A DNA stretch of 63,909 bases, the filler included, from an uncultured bacterium (GTDB lineage: Bacteria; Auribacterota; CAZIXI01), in assembly GCA_964543115.1 (NCBI GenBank). It is 3 parts of 3 records of this genome, joined end to end, with 100 filler letters (N's around TTAATTAATTAA, not from the genome) between each part and the next. Parts side by side here need not be neighbours in the genome. Positions count along the whole stretch, not along the records: positions 27,282 to 54,216 come from CAZIXI010000012.1; positions 54,317 to 63,909 come from CAZIXI010000133.1; 1 more part is not named here. One strand, written 5' to 3'. A program made the position numbers and the translations under genes. The notes beneath the pieces are model-generated. The model saw only the letters and a program-made list of their open reading frames with translations. It did no database searches and was not told the origin of the DNA. Positions 51,626-61,773 of the stretch are shown here, in pieces. Position 1 is the first letter of the stretch; every line of letters starts with the position of its first letter.

Positions 51626-53467
51626 ATGAAATCTGCCCCCGGGAAAAAACAGAGAATATTTTCTACTGCCGGCCGTAACCATCCCGCCCTTTCTGAGAAT
51701 GCCCGGCAGATCCTGCGACAACGTTACCTATTACGCAATAACCGGCAAGAAATTATTGAAACTCCGGCAGAACTTTTCCTCCGGATAGCCCGTGTTGTTG
51801 CCGCTGCCGAAAAGGCTTTTAGAAAAAAGAAGCAGAGCGCAACAGAAATAGAAGAAAAATTTTATCAATTACTTGCTAACCTGGAATTTATCCCTAATTC
51901 CCCCACCTTAATGAACGCCGGTACCCGCATGGGCCAGCTCTCCGCCTGTTTTGTACTGCCGGTTAACGACTCCATGGACAGCATCTTTAGCGCTCTACGG
52001 CAAATGGCGCTCATTCATCAAACCGGCGGCGGTACCGGATTTAATTTTTCCCGTCTTCGGCCAAAAAATGATCTGGTACGTTCCACCAAGGGCCGGGCCT
52101 CCGGGCCGGTCTCTTTCATGCGCATATACGACAGGGCAACCAGTGTAATTATCCAGGGCGGACGGCGCCGGGGCGCGAATATGGGAATGCTCCACTGCAA
52201 TCATCCGGATATCCTGGAATTCATCGAAGCCAAGGAAGAGGAAGGGCAATTTGATAACTTCAACCTTTCGGTTGCCGTAACCAACCGCTTTATGCAGGCT
52301 GTTCTTAAAGGTGAAATCCATACCCTGCGTAATCCCCGTACCGGCAAAACAGCCGGGAAAATACCCGCCCGGCAATTGTTCTCTACGCTCGTGCAGGCGG
52401 CCTGGCACAGCGGTGACCCCGGATTGATTTTTATTGATGAAATTAACCGCCATAACCCCACTCCGGAACTGGGAAAAATTGCGTCCACTAATCCCTGCGG
52501 TGAATTACCCCTGCTGCCCTATGAAAGCTGTAACTTAGGCTCGATCAACCTGGCCCGGCTGGCGCGAAACGGCAAACTAAACTGGGCCAGGCTGCAGGAA
52601 TGTATTCATTTGGGGGTTCGGTTCCTGGATAATGTCATTGAAGTCAACCGTTACATAATCCCAGAGGTAGAAAAAATCACCCGCGGTAACCGTAAAATCG
52701 GCCTGGGCATAATGGGATTTTCGGACCTGCTTATCCAGCTCGGCATAAGCTATGCCTCACCGGCGGCAGTGGCTTGGGCCCAAAAAATCATGCGATTCAT
52801 CCAGCAAGAGGCCCACCAGTACTCAGTAGAATTAGCCCGGGAACGCGGAACATTCCCTAATTATAAGCACTCAATTTATTATGGCCGGGGACAAAAATAC
52901 CGCCTGCGTAACGCCACTTGTACCACTATTGCCCCTACCGGAACAATCAGTATCATCGCCAACTGTTCCAGCGGCATTGAACCGCTCTTTGCCCTCAGCT
53001 ACCTGCGTAAGGTAATTGACGGCAGCCAGTTATTAGAAACTAACCCCTACTTTGCCCAACTGGCGCATAAACATAAATTTTATAGCAGGAAATTACTGCG
53101 GCAGATCGCCGCTACCGGCACACTGCGGGGAATAAAAGAAATCCCGGTCCGCTTCCGCCGTCTGTTTACTACCGCCCTGGACATTACCCCTCACAGGCAA
53201 TTAGAAATCCAGGCAGCCTGCCAGCGCTATACAGACAATTCTGTTTCTAAAACCATCAATCTGCCGGCAGCGGCCACACCGGCAACTGTACGAAAAATCT
53301 ACCTAAACGCCTGGCAACTTAAGTGTAAAGGCATCACTGTCTACCGTTACGGGACAAAGAAGAACCAGACATTATCTATCGGCCTCCTGACCAGAGCGCA
53401 GAGAAAATATGTCCGGGCCCAAGCCGAATACTCCGGCGGCTGTCCAGCCGGAAAATGTCACTTCTAG
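51626..53467 (+). CDS. nrdJ: Class II (adenosylcobalamin-dependent) ribonucleotide reductase
   Basis: NSPTLMNAG..QLSACFV, GGTGFNFS, RRGANMG, NPCGE, CNLGSINL, TIAPTGT, SVSKTINL, ITVYR.G. No NrdB nearby. Start ATG 51626 (ORF track 51611). Confidence 0.9.
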   Translation: MKSAPGKKQRIFSTAGRNHPALSENARQILRQRYLLRNNRQEIIETPAELFLRIARVVAAAEKAFRKKKQSATEIEEKFYQLLANLEFIPNSPTLMNAGTRMGQLSACFVLPVNDSMDSIFSALRQMALIHQTGGGTGFNFSRLRPKNDLVRSTKGRASGPVSFMRIYDRATSVIIQGGRRRGANMGMLHCNHPDILEFIEAKEEEGQFDNFNLSVAVTNRFMQAVLKGEIHTLRNPRTGKTAGKIPARQLFSTLVQAAWHSGDPGLIFIDEINRHNPTPELGKIASTNPCGELPLLPYESCNLGSINLARLARNGKLNWARLQECIHLGVRFLDNVIEVNRYIIPEVEKITRGNRKIGLGIMGFSDLLIQLGISYASPAAVAWAQKIMRFIQQEAHQYSVELARERGTFPNYKHSIYYGRGQKYRLRNATCTTIAPTGTISIIANCSSGIEPLFALSYLRKVIDGSQLLETNPYFAQLAHKHKFYSRKLLRQIAATGTLRGIKEIPVRFRRLFTTALDITPHRQLEIQAACQRYTDNSVSKTINLPAAATPATVRKIYLNAWQLKCKGITVYRYGTKKNQTLSIGLLTRAQRKYVRAQAEYSGGCPAGKCHF

Positions 53468-53587
53468 TGACACGAATACTCATAAAACTTCTACTAAGTA
53501 AGATATTGCTATTAATGGGACATTTTGCTAATATTACACTTCAGCGAACGAAAATCCTTGAATATTAGCGAGAAAAGGAGGAAAATC

Positions 53588-53773
53588 ATGGTCGCAAAAG
53601 TAGATGCTGAAGCCTGCATTGGTTGTGAACTTTGCGTGCAAAATTGTCCGCAAGTCTTTAAAATGGAAGAAGCTAAGGCTGTTGTTACCGCTAATCCCGT
53701 ACCCGCGGACGCGGAAACAAGCTGTCAGGAAGCTACTGATAGTTGTCCGGTAACCGCGATAGTTCTGGAATGA
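53588..53773 (+). CDS. Monocluster ferredoxin
   Basis: SD AAGGAG then MVAKVDAEACIGCELCVQNCP...CQEATDSCPVTAI. Confidence 0.92.
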   Translation: MVAKVDAEACIGCELCVQNCPQVFKMEEAKAVVTANPVPADAETSCQEATDSCPVTAIVLE

Positions 53774-53791
53774 TCCTGTACGACACTATTT

Positions 53792-53875
53792 AACCGCAAA
53801 GACACAAAAACCGCAAAGACGCAAAATTAATTAATATAATTCTATAATTTTTTGCGTTTTTGCGGTTTTTGTGTT
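53792..53875. repeat. Palindromic element built from 9-nt units between convergent genes
   Basis: AACCGCAAA GACACAAAA ACCGCAAAG ACGCAAAA...TTTTGCG TTTTTGCGG TTTTTGTG TT. Confidence 0.8.
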
Positions 53876-53885
53876 CAACACTGAA

Positions 53886-54189
53886 TCATTCAACGGCCCA
53901 GTTGCCTAAACGATCCTCGTAAAATTCCAGCCTTAGAAGACGATCAAAGCGGGCAGGAACATTATACGCTTGCTGATCCTTATAACTATAGATCCAGGTC
54001 ATTCTTTGCCCTAACATATCCCGGCTCACCCGGGTGGGTTTACCCAGAGAGGCACGCGCCTCGGCCGGTGTCATCCCGGTCCACAACTTGCCCCGCAACA
54101 ACAGATCCCTCTGCGCCTCAGTTAATTCCGGATGGGCCGTAATGTAACCAAGCCTTCTTTTCTGGGCTGAAACAATCAGGCAAATTCAT
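53886..54189 (-). CDS. Hypothetical protein, 5' end uncertain (possible frameshift)
   Basis: The frame ..YITAHPELTEAQRDLLLRGKLWTGMTPAEARASLGKP.. has no in-frame ATG. The SD-linked ATG at 54189 is in another frame that stops at 54118. Confidence 0.45.
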
Positions 54190-54216
54190 ACGTATGCTCC
54201 TTCGTGTTCTGTGGAA

Positions 54217-54316
54217 NNNNNNNNNNNNNNNNNNNNNNNNNNNNNNNNNNNNNNNNNNNNTTAATTAATTAANNNNNNNNNNNNNNNNNNNNNNNNNNNN
54301 NNNNNNNNNNNNNNNN
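54217..54316. other. Artificial contig linker (N44-TTAATTAATTAA-N44)
   Basis: Identical to 27182-27281. Confidence 0.97.
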
Positions 54317-54775
54317 AATACGCAGATTAGTCTCATTTAACAAATTCAATCCTGTTTTAGCTAAACCCAAACGCTGAGCTCGTAATTTTGTTTGCTGCGC
54401 TGATTCTTCGCCGCTAACATATAATACATCCATTTTATTACTCACCAGACTGCAGGCCACCTGCAATAAAAGGGTAGATTTACCAATCCCCGGTTCACCG
54501 CCCAGCAGGATAACCGCTCCCGGAACAATCCCGCCACCAAGCAAACGGTCAAATTCACTAATCGCAACTGGAATATGCTTAAATTCTCCGGTGTCAATCT
54601 CTGAGAGAGAAGAAACCAGCGCGGCCGGCTGTCCGGTTGACCGCGGGGGGCCGCCAACAGCCACAACCTCTTCTATCAGCGTATCCCACTCGTCGCAACC
54701 CGAGCACTTACCAAGCCACTTCAGGCTAATGTATCCACAACTCTGACAAACATAGCGTGTCTTTAATTTTTCCAT
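54317..54775 (-). CDS. radA: DNA repair protein RadA/Sms (3' part lost at contig end)
   Basis: YVCQSCG...WLGKCSGCDEW zinc finger, EFDRLLGGG, GGEPGIGKSTLLLQ, LYVSGEES..Q..LRAQRL. Confidence 0.95.
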
Positions 54776-54894
54776 CTGACTAATCACTGACTACGAGCGT
54801 AGCTCGCGCAGCTCGCGCAACTCGCCATAGAGCAAAAACCTTGCACCCAGCATTAAGCAGATACAAGGTTTAGTAAGTCTTCTTTTTATAATAG

Positions 54895-55662
54895 TTATCT
54901 TTTCCTACCTCTTCTAGTGCTTATCTTGTCACCCAATTCTTTCTTCGCCTTATCGGATTTAGCCTTATAGAACAGCCCATGTTCACGCAATCCTTTGATC
55001 AAGGCCAGGAGTTCATCATGCAGCTCCTGGGCATAAATAAGTTTCCCCACCGTTCCCTCACCCTGGTTGATTTTGTTGATAACAAGCTCTATCTTATTTG
55101 ACAGGCGATCGATATCCTCACCGGCTTTTCTAAAGTTCTTAATGGTAACCTTAATATCCTCCTGCGTATCCGTCGACAACACCTTATTCACGGAAGAAAG
55201 CGCGTCTTCTAACTTTGATAAAACACTTTGGGCGGTATTCATCACGGTTTCCAGAGCAATAGGGTCAATGCCTAAGATCTCATCACCGGGATTAAGCGCA
55301 CCGGCCTCGGGGGTCCCCGGAAAGATTTCAATATATTTTTCACCGATAATCCCCAAGGAATTAATCACTGCCTCTGAATCCTTCTTAATCCTTACTCCCT
55401 CTTTAATCCCCAAAGTAACATTGACCTGCGTATTGGCGTTTGTATCTTCGAAGATGGAAATCTTCGTCACCTTGCCTACGTCTACACCAGCATACCTTAC
55501 CGGCGCCCCCTCTACCACTCCGCTGATATAATTAAATATCGCATGCACCATGTACTGCTCGCCCATGTACTGATAATCACTAAAGCCAACGATCATTACG
55601 CCAACCAGAATCAATCCGACAAGGACAAAAACACCAATATAAAATTCAAACTTCTTTTTCAT
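54895..55662 (-). CDS. mlaD: MCE/MlaD family protein with helical extension
   Basis: EFYIGVFV, G.PVRYAGVDVGKV, I.SLGIIGEKYIEI.PG, then an amphipathic helical tail GTVGKLI. Confidence 0.9.
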   Translation of the reverse strand: MKKKFEFYIGVFVLVGLILVGVMIVGFSDYQYMGEQYMVHAIFNYISGVVEGAPVRYAGVDVGKVTKISIFEDTNANTQVNVTLGIKEGVRIKKDSEAVINSLGIIGEKYIEIFPGTPEAGALNPGDEILGIDPIALETVMNTAQSVLSKLEDALSSVNKVLSTDTQEDIKVTIKNFRKAGEDIDRLSNKIELVINKINQGEGTVGKLIYAQELHDELLALIKGLREHGLFYKAKSDKAKKELGDKISTRRGRKR

Positions 55663-55681
55663 AATTATCCCCTCTCCTTAA

Positions 55682-56437
55682 TTAAACATCGCTGTGCCCG
55701 ATTGGACCAACGGCATTGCCCGAAATAAACTGCTGAACCACAGGATCAGTTGATTCTCTCACTTCTTCCGGGCTGCCGGCAATTATTATTTTACCGTTGT
55801 AAAGCATCGCGATCCTATCGGCGATTTTATTCGCGCTTACCATATCGTGGGTTACCGCGATTGAGGTCACTTTTAACTGATCATGCAACTTTAATATTAA
55901 ATCATTAATAATATCACCCATGATCGGATCAACGCCGGTAGTCGGCTCGTCATAAAGGATAATTTCCGGATTCATGGCAATGGCCCGGGCCAGGCCAACT
56001 CGTTTGCGCATACCGCCGCTTAATTCCGCCGGCTTTTTCTCTTCAATTTTATCAAGCCCGATTAAACCTAAATACTCTCTTACCCGAAGATCAATCTCCT
56101 CTTTCGGCAATCTTGTATGCTCCTCCAGGCCAAAAGCGACATTATCCCTAATGGTGATAGAATCAAATAAGGCCGCCCCCTGAAAAAGCATACCAAATTT
56201 CTTTCTGTACTCGAACATCCCTTTTTCATCTAACTTGGTAATGTCCACGCCATCAACTATAATCTGTCCGGAGTCAGGCTGAAGGATGCCGATAATATGC
56301 TTTAACAGCACACTTTTTCCACAACCACTGCGCCCGATAATTACCAGGGTTTCTCCTTTCTCAATAACCAGATTTACCCCTTTCAACACCTTAAGACCGT
56401 TAAAATCTCTGTGCAGGTCCCGAATCTCCATTAACAT
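55682..56437 (-). CDS. mlaF: MlaF-type ABC transporter ATPase
   Basis: GRSGCGKSVLLK, GMLFQGAALFDS, ELSGGMRKRVGLARA, YDEPTTGVDP. Confidence 0.93.
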   Translation of the reverse strand: MLMEIRDLHRDFNGLKVLKGVNLVIEKGETLVIIGRSGCGKSVLLKHIIGILQPDSGQIIVDGVDITKLDEKGMFEYRKKFGMLFQGAALFDSITIRDNVAFGLEEHTRLPKEEIDLRVREYLGLIGLDKIEEKKPAELSGGMRKRVGLARAIAMNPEIILYDEPTTGVDPIMGDIINDLILKLHDQLKVTSIAVTHDMVSANKIADRIAMLYNGKIIIAGSPEEVRESTDPVVQQFISGNAVGPIGHSDV

Positions 56438-56449
56438 AGAGTAATCTCC

Positions 56450-57199
56450 CTAGAATAAAATAAGCGACAAAAAGAAATCGGCAACAAGAATCGAGATGCA
56501 GGAGATAACCACAGATTCAGTAGTCGCCCTGCCTACCCCTTCGGCACCGCCCTGGGTAGTAAATCCCTTGTAACAGCCCACTAAAACAATAATCACCGCA
56601 AAAAATAATGATTTAATCAATCCATTCGCTAAATCCGTTACTTCCGTGAAGTCCCGTAGGTTCTTCATGAAAAAAGTAGAATTTATGTTTAACATTTTAA
56701 CGCCAACCACATACCCGCCGCCAATACCGACAAAAATCGCAAAGGCAGTTAATATCGGCACCAACAACACACAAGCAATAAACCGGGGAACTATGAGATA
56801 TTTCACGGGGCTGGTAGCCAATGTATAGAGAGCATCAATCTGCTCGGTAACCCGCATGGTGCCAAGCTCCGCCGACATTGCCGCCCCTACCCGTCCGGCA
56901 ACCATCAGCGCGCATAAAACCGGCCCCAATTCATTTGTCATGGAAAGCCCGACAATAATCCCCACGACACTCTCAATAGTGAGCTGATGCAGCTGATAAT
57001 ATGTCTGCACCGCCAGGATCATCCCGGTAGCCGCGCCGGTGATCAGCACCACCGGCAAAGACAATACACCGATTTTATACATCTGCTCATAAATTATTTG
57101 CGGCCGGGGAGGATTCTTTACCAGATAACGCAATGTATCCCAAAACATTATGCTGATACTACCCAACGGCTCAATAAAACGTCTAAAACGCTCTACCAT
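56450..57199 (-). CDS. mlaE: MlaE-type ABC transporter permease
   Basis: ELGPVLCALMVAGRVGAAMSAELGTMRVTEQIDAL, GGAEGVGRATT. Confidence 0.94.
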   Translation of the reverse strand: MVERFRRFIEPLGSISIMFWDTLRYLVKNPPRPQIIYEQMYKIGVLSLPVVLITGAATGMILAVQTYYQLHQLTIESVVGIIVGLSMTNELGPVLCALMVAGRVGAAMSAELGTMRVTEQIDALYTLATSPVKYLIVPRFIACVLLVPILTAFAIFVGIGGGYVVGVKMLNINSTFFMKNLRDFTEVTDLANGLIKSLFFAVIIVLVGCYKGFTTQGGAEGVGRATTESVVISCISILVADFFLSLILF

Positions 57200-57221
57200 A
57201 ACTCACTCCGTTCGTGATCTT

Positions 57222-59261
57222 TTAGAACTTCGTTTTATGCTCTATTCCGACAGTGCCTTCTTCTTCTTCCATTTTTATAAGAATATTTTTATCATCTTTA
57301 ATTTTATATTCCAATTCCAATTCCGGTTCAGCATCCACAGCCCCCGGCACCGGATCACTACTCATCGGGGATTTAAACTTGACACTGACATTTTCCCCCA
57401 ATTGCTGACCAAACACTATTGCCTCCTCCAGCGCATCCTTTTTAACATTTACACCTTTCCACAAAAAACTGTCACCAAAAGCGTCTATCTTAATATTTTT
57501 GAAAAAATCCTCACTCTTCGGATCAATATAACCATTGAGCCTGGACGTAATATCTTTATAATAAACCTTGGAATGCTGTATCTCAAAAACCCCTCCTTTC
57601 CATTCCAGGTTCAAGTAAGCAACATCAAATTCCATCTTCCCTATCTTGCCGTCTTTAATTTCCAATTTGGCCTTGGCCAAAGGCTGTGCCGTTTCACCGG
57701 TCACAGTGAATTCGCCGTCTACAACACCATGTATTTCCGCGCCGACTTTATCAATAAACAGTCCCAGCAGATCACTTAACGGCATTTGCCTGCAAACACC
57801 TTTTATTTTTAATAACGGTGTCTTCTCCCATTTTATCGAGCCGGATAAATGAAACGCGCCATCATCAATAGAACGAAAAGAAAAACAACGATGGCGATAA
57901 CGGCAAACAATATCCAGTGGGTAAGAAAACAATTTAATATTACCGCCGGCATTTAAATCATCAATATTTCCGTAAACCAATATGCTGCCGTCGATTTTAT
58001 GCGTACTGATAAAAGGCCTCAGGGCTTCGGGAAACTTACTCGCCAGTTCCTGCCCGGAAACATGATCCAGCAAGAGCTTCAGCTGCGTCACTGACTGCCG
58101 GGCAAGATCACCCTGAATAACTATCGCATCAGCCAACACCACTTCCTGAAACCTAACTTCCTTACTGCTAACAACTATCCCCCCCCTCATCCCAATCGGG
58201 TCAAAACCCGGCAGCTTAATCTGCCCGTCAATCAGGGGAAAGAAAAGCGCATTATCCTTATACTTCGTTCCCTGAAATTGAAATACCGTCTGTATCGGCC
58301 CCCAGTGAGTAAATATTTTCGGCTCCCGCGGAGATCCACGCACAATAAATTTGCTGCCCGTGCCCGGGGAAGTTATTTGCAGATCCATCTCTTGATTTCT
58401 GGCAATTTCCCCACTGAGCCCAAGCTCTATATCCCCCAACGACAGCGAACAATCTTTTATTTTTGCCCCCAGTTTATCCAGGCTAATCTGCCCGTTAAAT
58501 TCCAGCGGCGGAATTTCTTTATTCGGCAAGGACAATTTACCATCCCTTATCGCCAATTCACCATTGGTTAAAGAATTATCAATCAACTCCAATTCCAAAT
58601 CTACCCGGCCCTCGCTAAAAGAGGCATCATAAAATTTTGGCTTCAATAAACTGAGAGGATAATTCTTCAACAGTAAAACTCCGTTGCCCTGAAAACTCTT
58701 TAAGTTTATTTTACCGTTAATTTCCGCTAAAACATCTTTCTGCGTGATCAAAGAATCGCCGCCCACCTTGAACATCATCTTTAAATACTTACCGTCTTTA
58801 CCCAGCTTACCGTAGAAACCGTCTACCGTCAGAGAAAAGGTTTCATCATTATCCGCTACGGTCAATTGGGCATCATTTAAATTAATATTGAAATGGGTCC
58901 AGGGAGGCAGATACGCAGGCACTAACGGATAATTAATGGTCAGCTTTGGCTTATGCAGGTTGAATGAATATGTCCGCCGGCGGCGGGGTAAGAATATATC
59001 CTGCAGTTTAATGTTGGTAGTTATCAGGGCACAACGCAGAAACTCTCTGCCATTCTTTTTAAACAACCTGACCCCCTGCAGGGTCAGGCCCTTTTTAAAA
59101 CCGCCCTCCAGCTGTCCGACCTCAGCCCGCAATCCGCATTTCTTCTGCAGCAAATAAGGGGTAAGACCGAGCATCAGCTTTGTCGGCAGGCGAAACCACC
59201 ACAAGCAGCCGATAAACAAACCAACCACAACCAGCCAGGATATTAGTCTTTTAAAAGTCAT
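57222..59261 (-). CDS. AsmA/TamB-like envelope protein (N-terminal TM anchor, beta-rich)
   Basis: N-terminal TM, GG..KGLTLQGV motif, long alternating beta pattern, C-terminal beta strands ending VGIEHKTKF. Confidence 0.55.
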   Translation of the reverse strand: MTFKRLISWLVVVGLFIGCLWWFRLPTKLMLGLTPYLLQKKCGLRAEVGQLEGGFKKGLTLQGVRLFKKNGREFLRCALITTNIKLQDIFLPRRRRTYSFNLHKPKLTINYPLVPAYLPPWTHFNINLNDAQLTVADNDETFSLTVDGFYGKLGKDGKYLKMMFKVGGDSLITQKDVLAEINGKINLKSFQGNGVLLLKNYPLSLLKPKFYDASFSEGRVDLELELIDNSLTNGELAIRDGKLSLPNKEIPPLEFNGQISLDKLGAKIKDCSLSLGDIELGLSGEIARNQEMDLQITSPGTGSKFIVRGSPREPKIFTHWGPIQTVFQFQGTKYKDNALFFPLIDGQIKLPGFDPIGMRGGIVVSSKEVRFQEVVLADAIVIQGDLARQSVTQLKLLLDHVSGQELASKFPEALRPFISTHKIDGSILVYGNIDDLNAGGNIKLFSYPLDIVCRYRHRCFSFRSIDDGAFHLSGSIKWEKTPLLKIKGVCRQMPLSDLLGLFIDKVGAEIHGVVDGEFTVTGETAQPLAKAKLEIKDGKIGKMEFDVAYLNLEWKGGVFEIQHSKVYYKDITSRLNGYIDPKSEDFFKNIKIDAFGDSFLWKGVNVKKDALEEAIVFGQQLGENVSVKFKSPMSSDPVPGAVDAEPELELEYKIKDDKNILIKMEEEEGTVGIEHKTKF

Positions 59262-59272
59262 CGTTTAATAGC

Positions 59273-61720
59273 TTACTTATGCTGAAAATTTATTTTACCG
59301 CCCTTAACGTCAACCTTCACCTTCTTTCCTTTGCTCTTTTTCTCAGGTGAGGCTTTCATTTTCAGCAACTCTTCCGCTAAAGGATCTTCGACGTATCTTT
59401 CAATCGCTCTTTTCAGCGGCCGCGCACCATATTTAGGATCATACCCCTTATCGACAATCATGTCTTTTGCCGCTTCAGTCAGCTCCAGCTCAGTTTTTTT
59501 GTCTTTCAATCGATCAATTACCTGCTGTAATTCCAGCTCAACAATTTTCTTCAATTCATCACGCGTGAGCATCTTAAAGACGATGATGTCATCAATCCGG
59601 TTGAGAAATTCTGGCTTAAATGTTTTCTTCAACTCATTCATCAGTTGATCCTTCATCCGCTCATGCGTTACATCGGCACTAGCTTCCTGAAAGCCAATAG
59701 ATGACTGTTTCTTGATCAGTTCCGCGCCCACGTTGGAAGTCATAATAATCACTGTATTGCGAAAATCTACCGTTCTGCCAAAACTATCAGTCAACTTCCC
59801 CGAATCCAGAATCTGCAAAAGAACATTAATTACATCCGGGTGGGCCTTCTCGATTTCGTCAAAAAGCACAACTGAATAAGGTTTTCTTCGTACAGCTTCC
59901 GTTAATTGCCCCCCCTCTTCGTAACCAACATAGCCAGGAGGAGAACCCGTTAGACGCGAGACGGTAAATTTTTCCATATACTCCGACATGTCCAACTGAA
60001 CCATGGCGTCTTCATCATCAAACATAAACTCCGCCAGCGCCCTGGCCAAAAGCGTTTTACCAACACCGGTCGGCCCGAGAAAGATAAAAGATCCAATCGG
60101 ACGGCGGGGATCCTTCAAGTCCGCCCGCGATCTCCTTAAGGCCCGGGAAATCGCTGTTACCGGCTCATCCTGACCAATAACCCGTTGATGAATCTTCTCT
60201 TCCATGCGAAGCAATTTTTGCGTCTCCGCTTCTTCCATCCTGCTTACCGGAACACCGCTCCATTTTGAAACTATCTGGGCAATATCTTCTTCGCCTATAA
60301 TAATCTCCTTTTTTGCCTTCGAGCCTTTCCATTGGGTCAGAACGCGTTCCAATTCCTCCCGGCCTTCTCGCTCTTTATCGCGCATTGCCGCCGCCTCTTC
60401 ATAGTCCTGCCGGGCAATTGCCTGCTCCTTGGCCTTCTTTGCCTCTTCAATCTTCTGCTCTATCTGCTTAACATCAGGAGGGCGGGTCATGGCGCTGATT
60501 CTGGCCTTGGCCCCGGCCTCATCCATTAAGTCAACAGCCTTATCAGGCAAATGACGTCCGGAGAGATAACGGTCCGAAAATTTCGCCGCGGCCTCTAATG
60601 ATTCATCTGTATACTTTACTTTATGATGACTTTCATATTTCTCACGTAATCCCTTCAATATTAGAATTGTCTCTGCCACAGTGCTCGGATCAACATGAAT
60701 CAGTTGAAACCTTCTTTCCAGTGCGGCATCCTTTTCTATATATTTACGGTATTCATTCATTGTTGTTGCCCCAATACATTGGATTTCCCCCCTGGCCAAT
60801 GCCGGTTTTAAAACACTGGAAGCGTCAATCGCGCCTTCCGCGGCTCCCGCTCCAACAATAGTGTGCAGTTCATCAATAAAAAGAATAATGTTTTTTACCC
60901 GGCGAATTTCTTCCATTACCGCCTTTATTCTTTCTTCAAACTGTCCGCGATATTTTGTCCCGGCCACCATCAAGGCCAGATCCAAACTAATAAGACGTTT
61001 ATCCATCAAAATTTCCGGGATATTACCTGACTCTATTCTCTGGGCCAATCCTTCAACAATAGCGGTTTTACCAACTCCGGCCTCACCAATCAACGCCGGA
61101 TTATTTTTTGTCCGCCGGCACAATACCTGAATAACCCGCTCAATCTCTTTCTCCCTGCCGATTACCGGATCCAGTTTTCCTTCTTTGGCAAATTCCGTTA
61201 AGTCACGCCCAAAGGCCTTTAACGCCGGCGTCTCCATTCCCTTTTTCTTCTGTTCACCGCTTACCCCTCCGTGAGCAGTTATGCCTGATTCTAATTCAGC
61301 AAGGATTTCCGCGCGTACCTCATCCAGATTAATATCAAGATTTTTCAATATCCGCGCCGCCACCCCCTCTCCTTCCCGCAAAAGACCAAGAAGCAAATGT
61401 TCCGTACCAATATAAGAGTGATGTAAATTCTTTGCCTCAGTAACGGCATATTCAATCACTTTTTTTGCCCGGCTGGTCAACGGCAATTCCCCGATCATCT
61501 TTGTCTCCGGGCCCGTACCCACCGCCTTTTCAACTTCAATCCTTACCGTCTCAAAATCCAGCCCCATCCGGCGAAGCACATTGACGGCAACCCCTTCCCC
61601 CAGCTTAATTAATCCCAATAAAATATGCTCTGTCCCAATATAATTATGGTTGAAGCGATCGGCCTCCTTACGCGCCAAGATAATTACCTGCCTTGCCCGG
61701 TTTGTAAATCTATCAAACAT
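59273..61720 (-). CDS. clpC: ATP-dependent Clp protease ATP-binding subunit ClpC
   Basis: [12 protein letters not shown], double Clp-N repeat, [17 protein letters not shown] coil, [23 protein letters not shown] then ATG 61720. Confidence 0.96.
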   Translation of the reverse strand: MFDRFTNRARQVIILARKEADRFNHNYIGTEHILLGLIKLGEGVAVNVLRRMGLDFETVRIEVEKAVGTGPETKMIGELPLTSRAKKVIEYAVTEAKNLHHSYIGTEHLLLGLLREGEGVAARILKNLDINLDEVRAEILAELESGITAHGGVSGEQKKKGMETPALKAFGRDLTEFAKEGKLDPVIGREKEIERVIQVLCRRTKNNPALIGEAGVGKTAIVEGLAQRIESGNIPEILMDKRLISLDLALMVAGTKYRGQFEERIKAVMEEIRRVKNIILFIDELHTIVGAGAAEGAIDASSVLKPALARGEIQCIGATTMNEYRKYIEKDAALERRFQLIHVDPSTVAETILILKGLREKYESHHKVKYTDESLEAAAKFSDRYLSGRHLPDKAVDLMDEAGAKARISAMTRPPDVKQIEQKIEEAKKAKEQAIARQDYEEAAAMRDKEREGREELERVLTQWKGSKAKKEIIIGEEDIAQIVSKWSGVPVSRMEEAETQKLLRMEEKIHQRVIGQDEPVTAISRALRRSRADLKDPRRPIGSFIFLGPTGVGKTLLARALAEFMFDDEDAMVQLDMSEYMEKFTVSRLTGSPPGYVGYEEGGQLTEAVRRKPYSVVLFDEIEKAHPDVINVLLQILDSGKLTDSFGRTVDFRNTVIIMTSNVGAELIKKQSSIGFQEASADVTHERMKDQLMNELKKTFKPEFLNRIDDIIVFKMLTRDELKKIVELELQQVIDRLKDKKTELELTEAAKDMIVDKGYDPKYGARPLKRAIERYVEDPLAEELLKMKASPEKKSKGKKVKVDVKGGKINFQHK

Positions 61721-61773
61721 GATATCCTCCCTGATTTCAGTATCGTTTATATACTGTATCATTTATACAGCGT

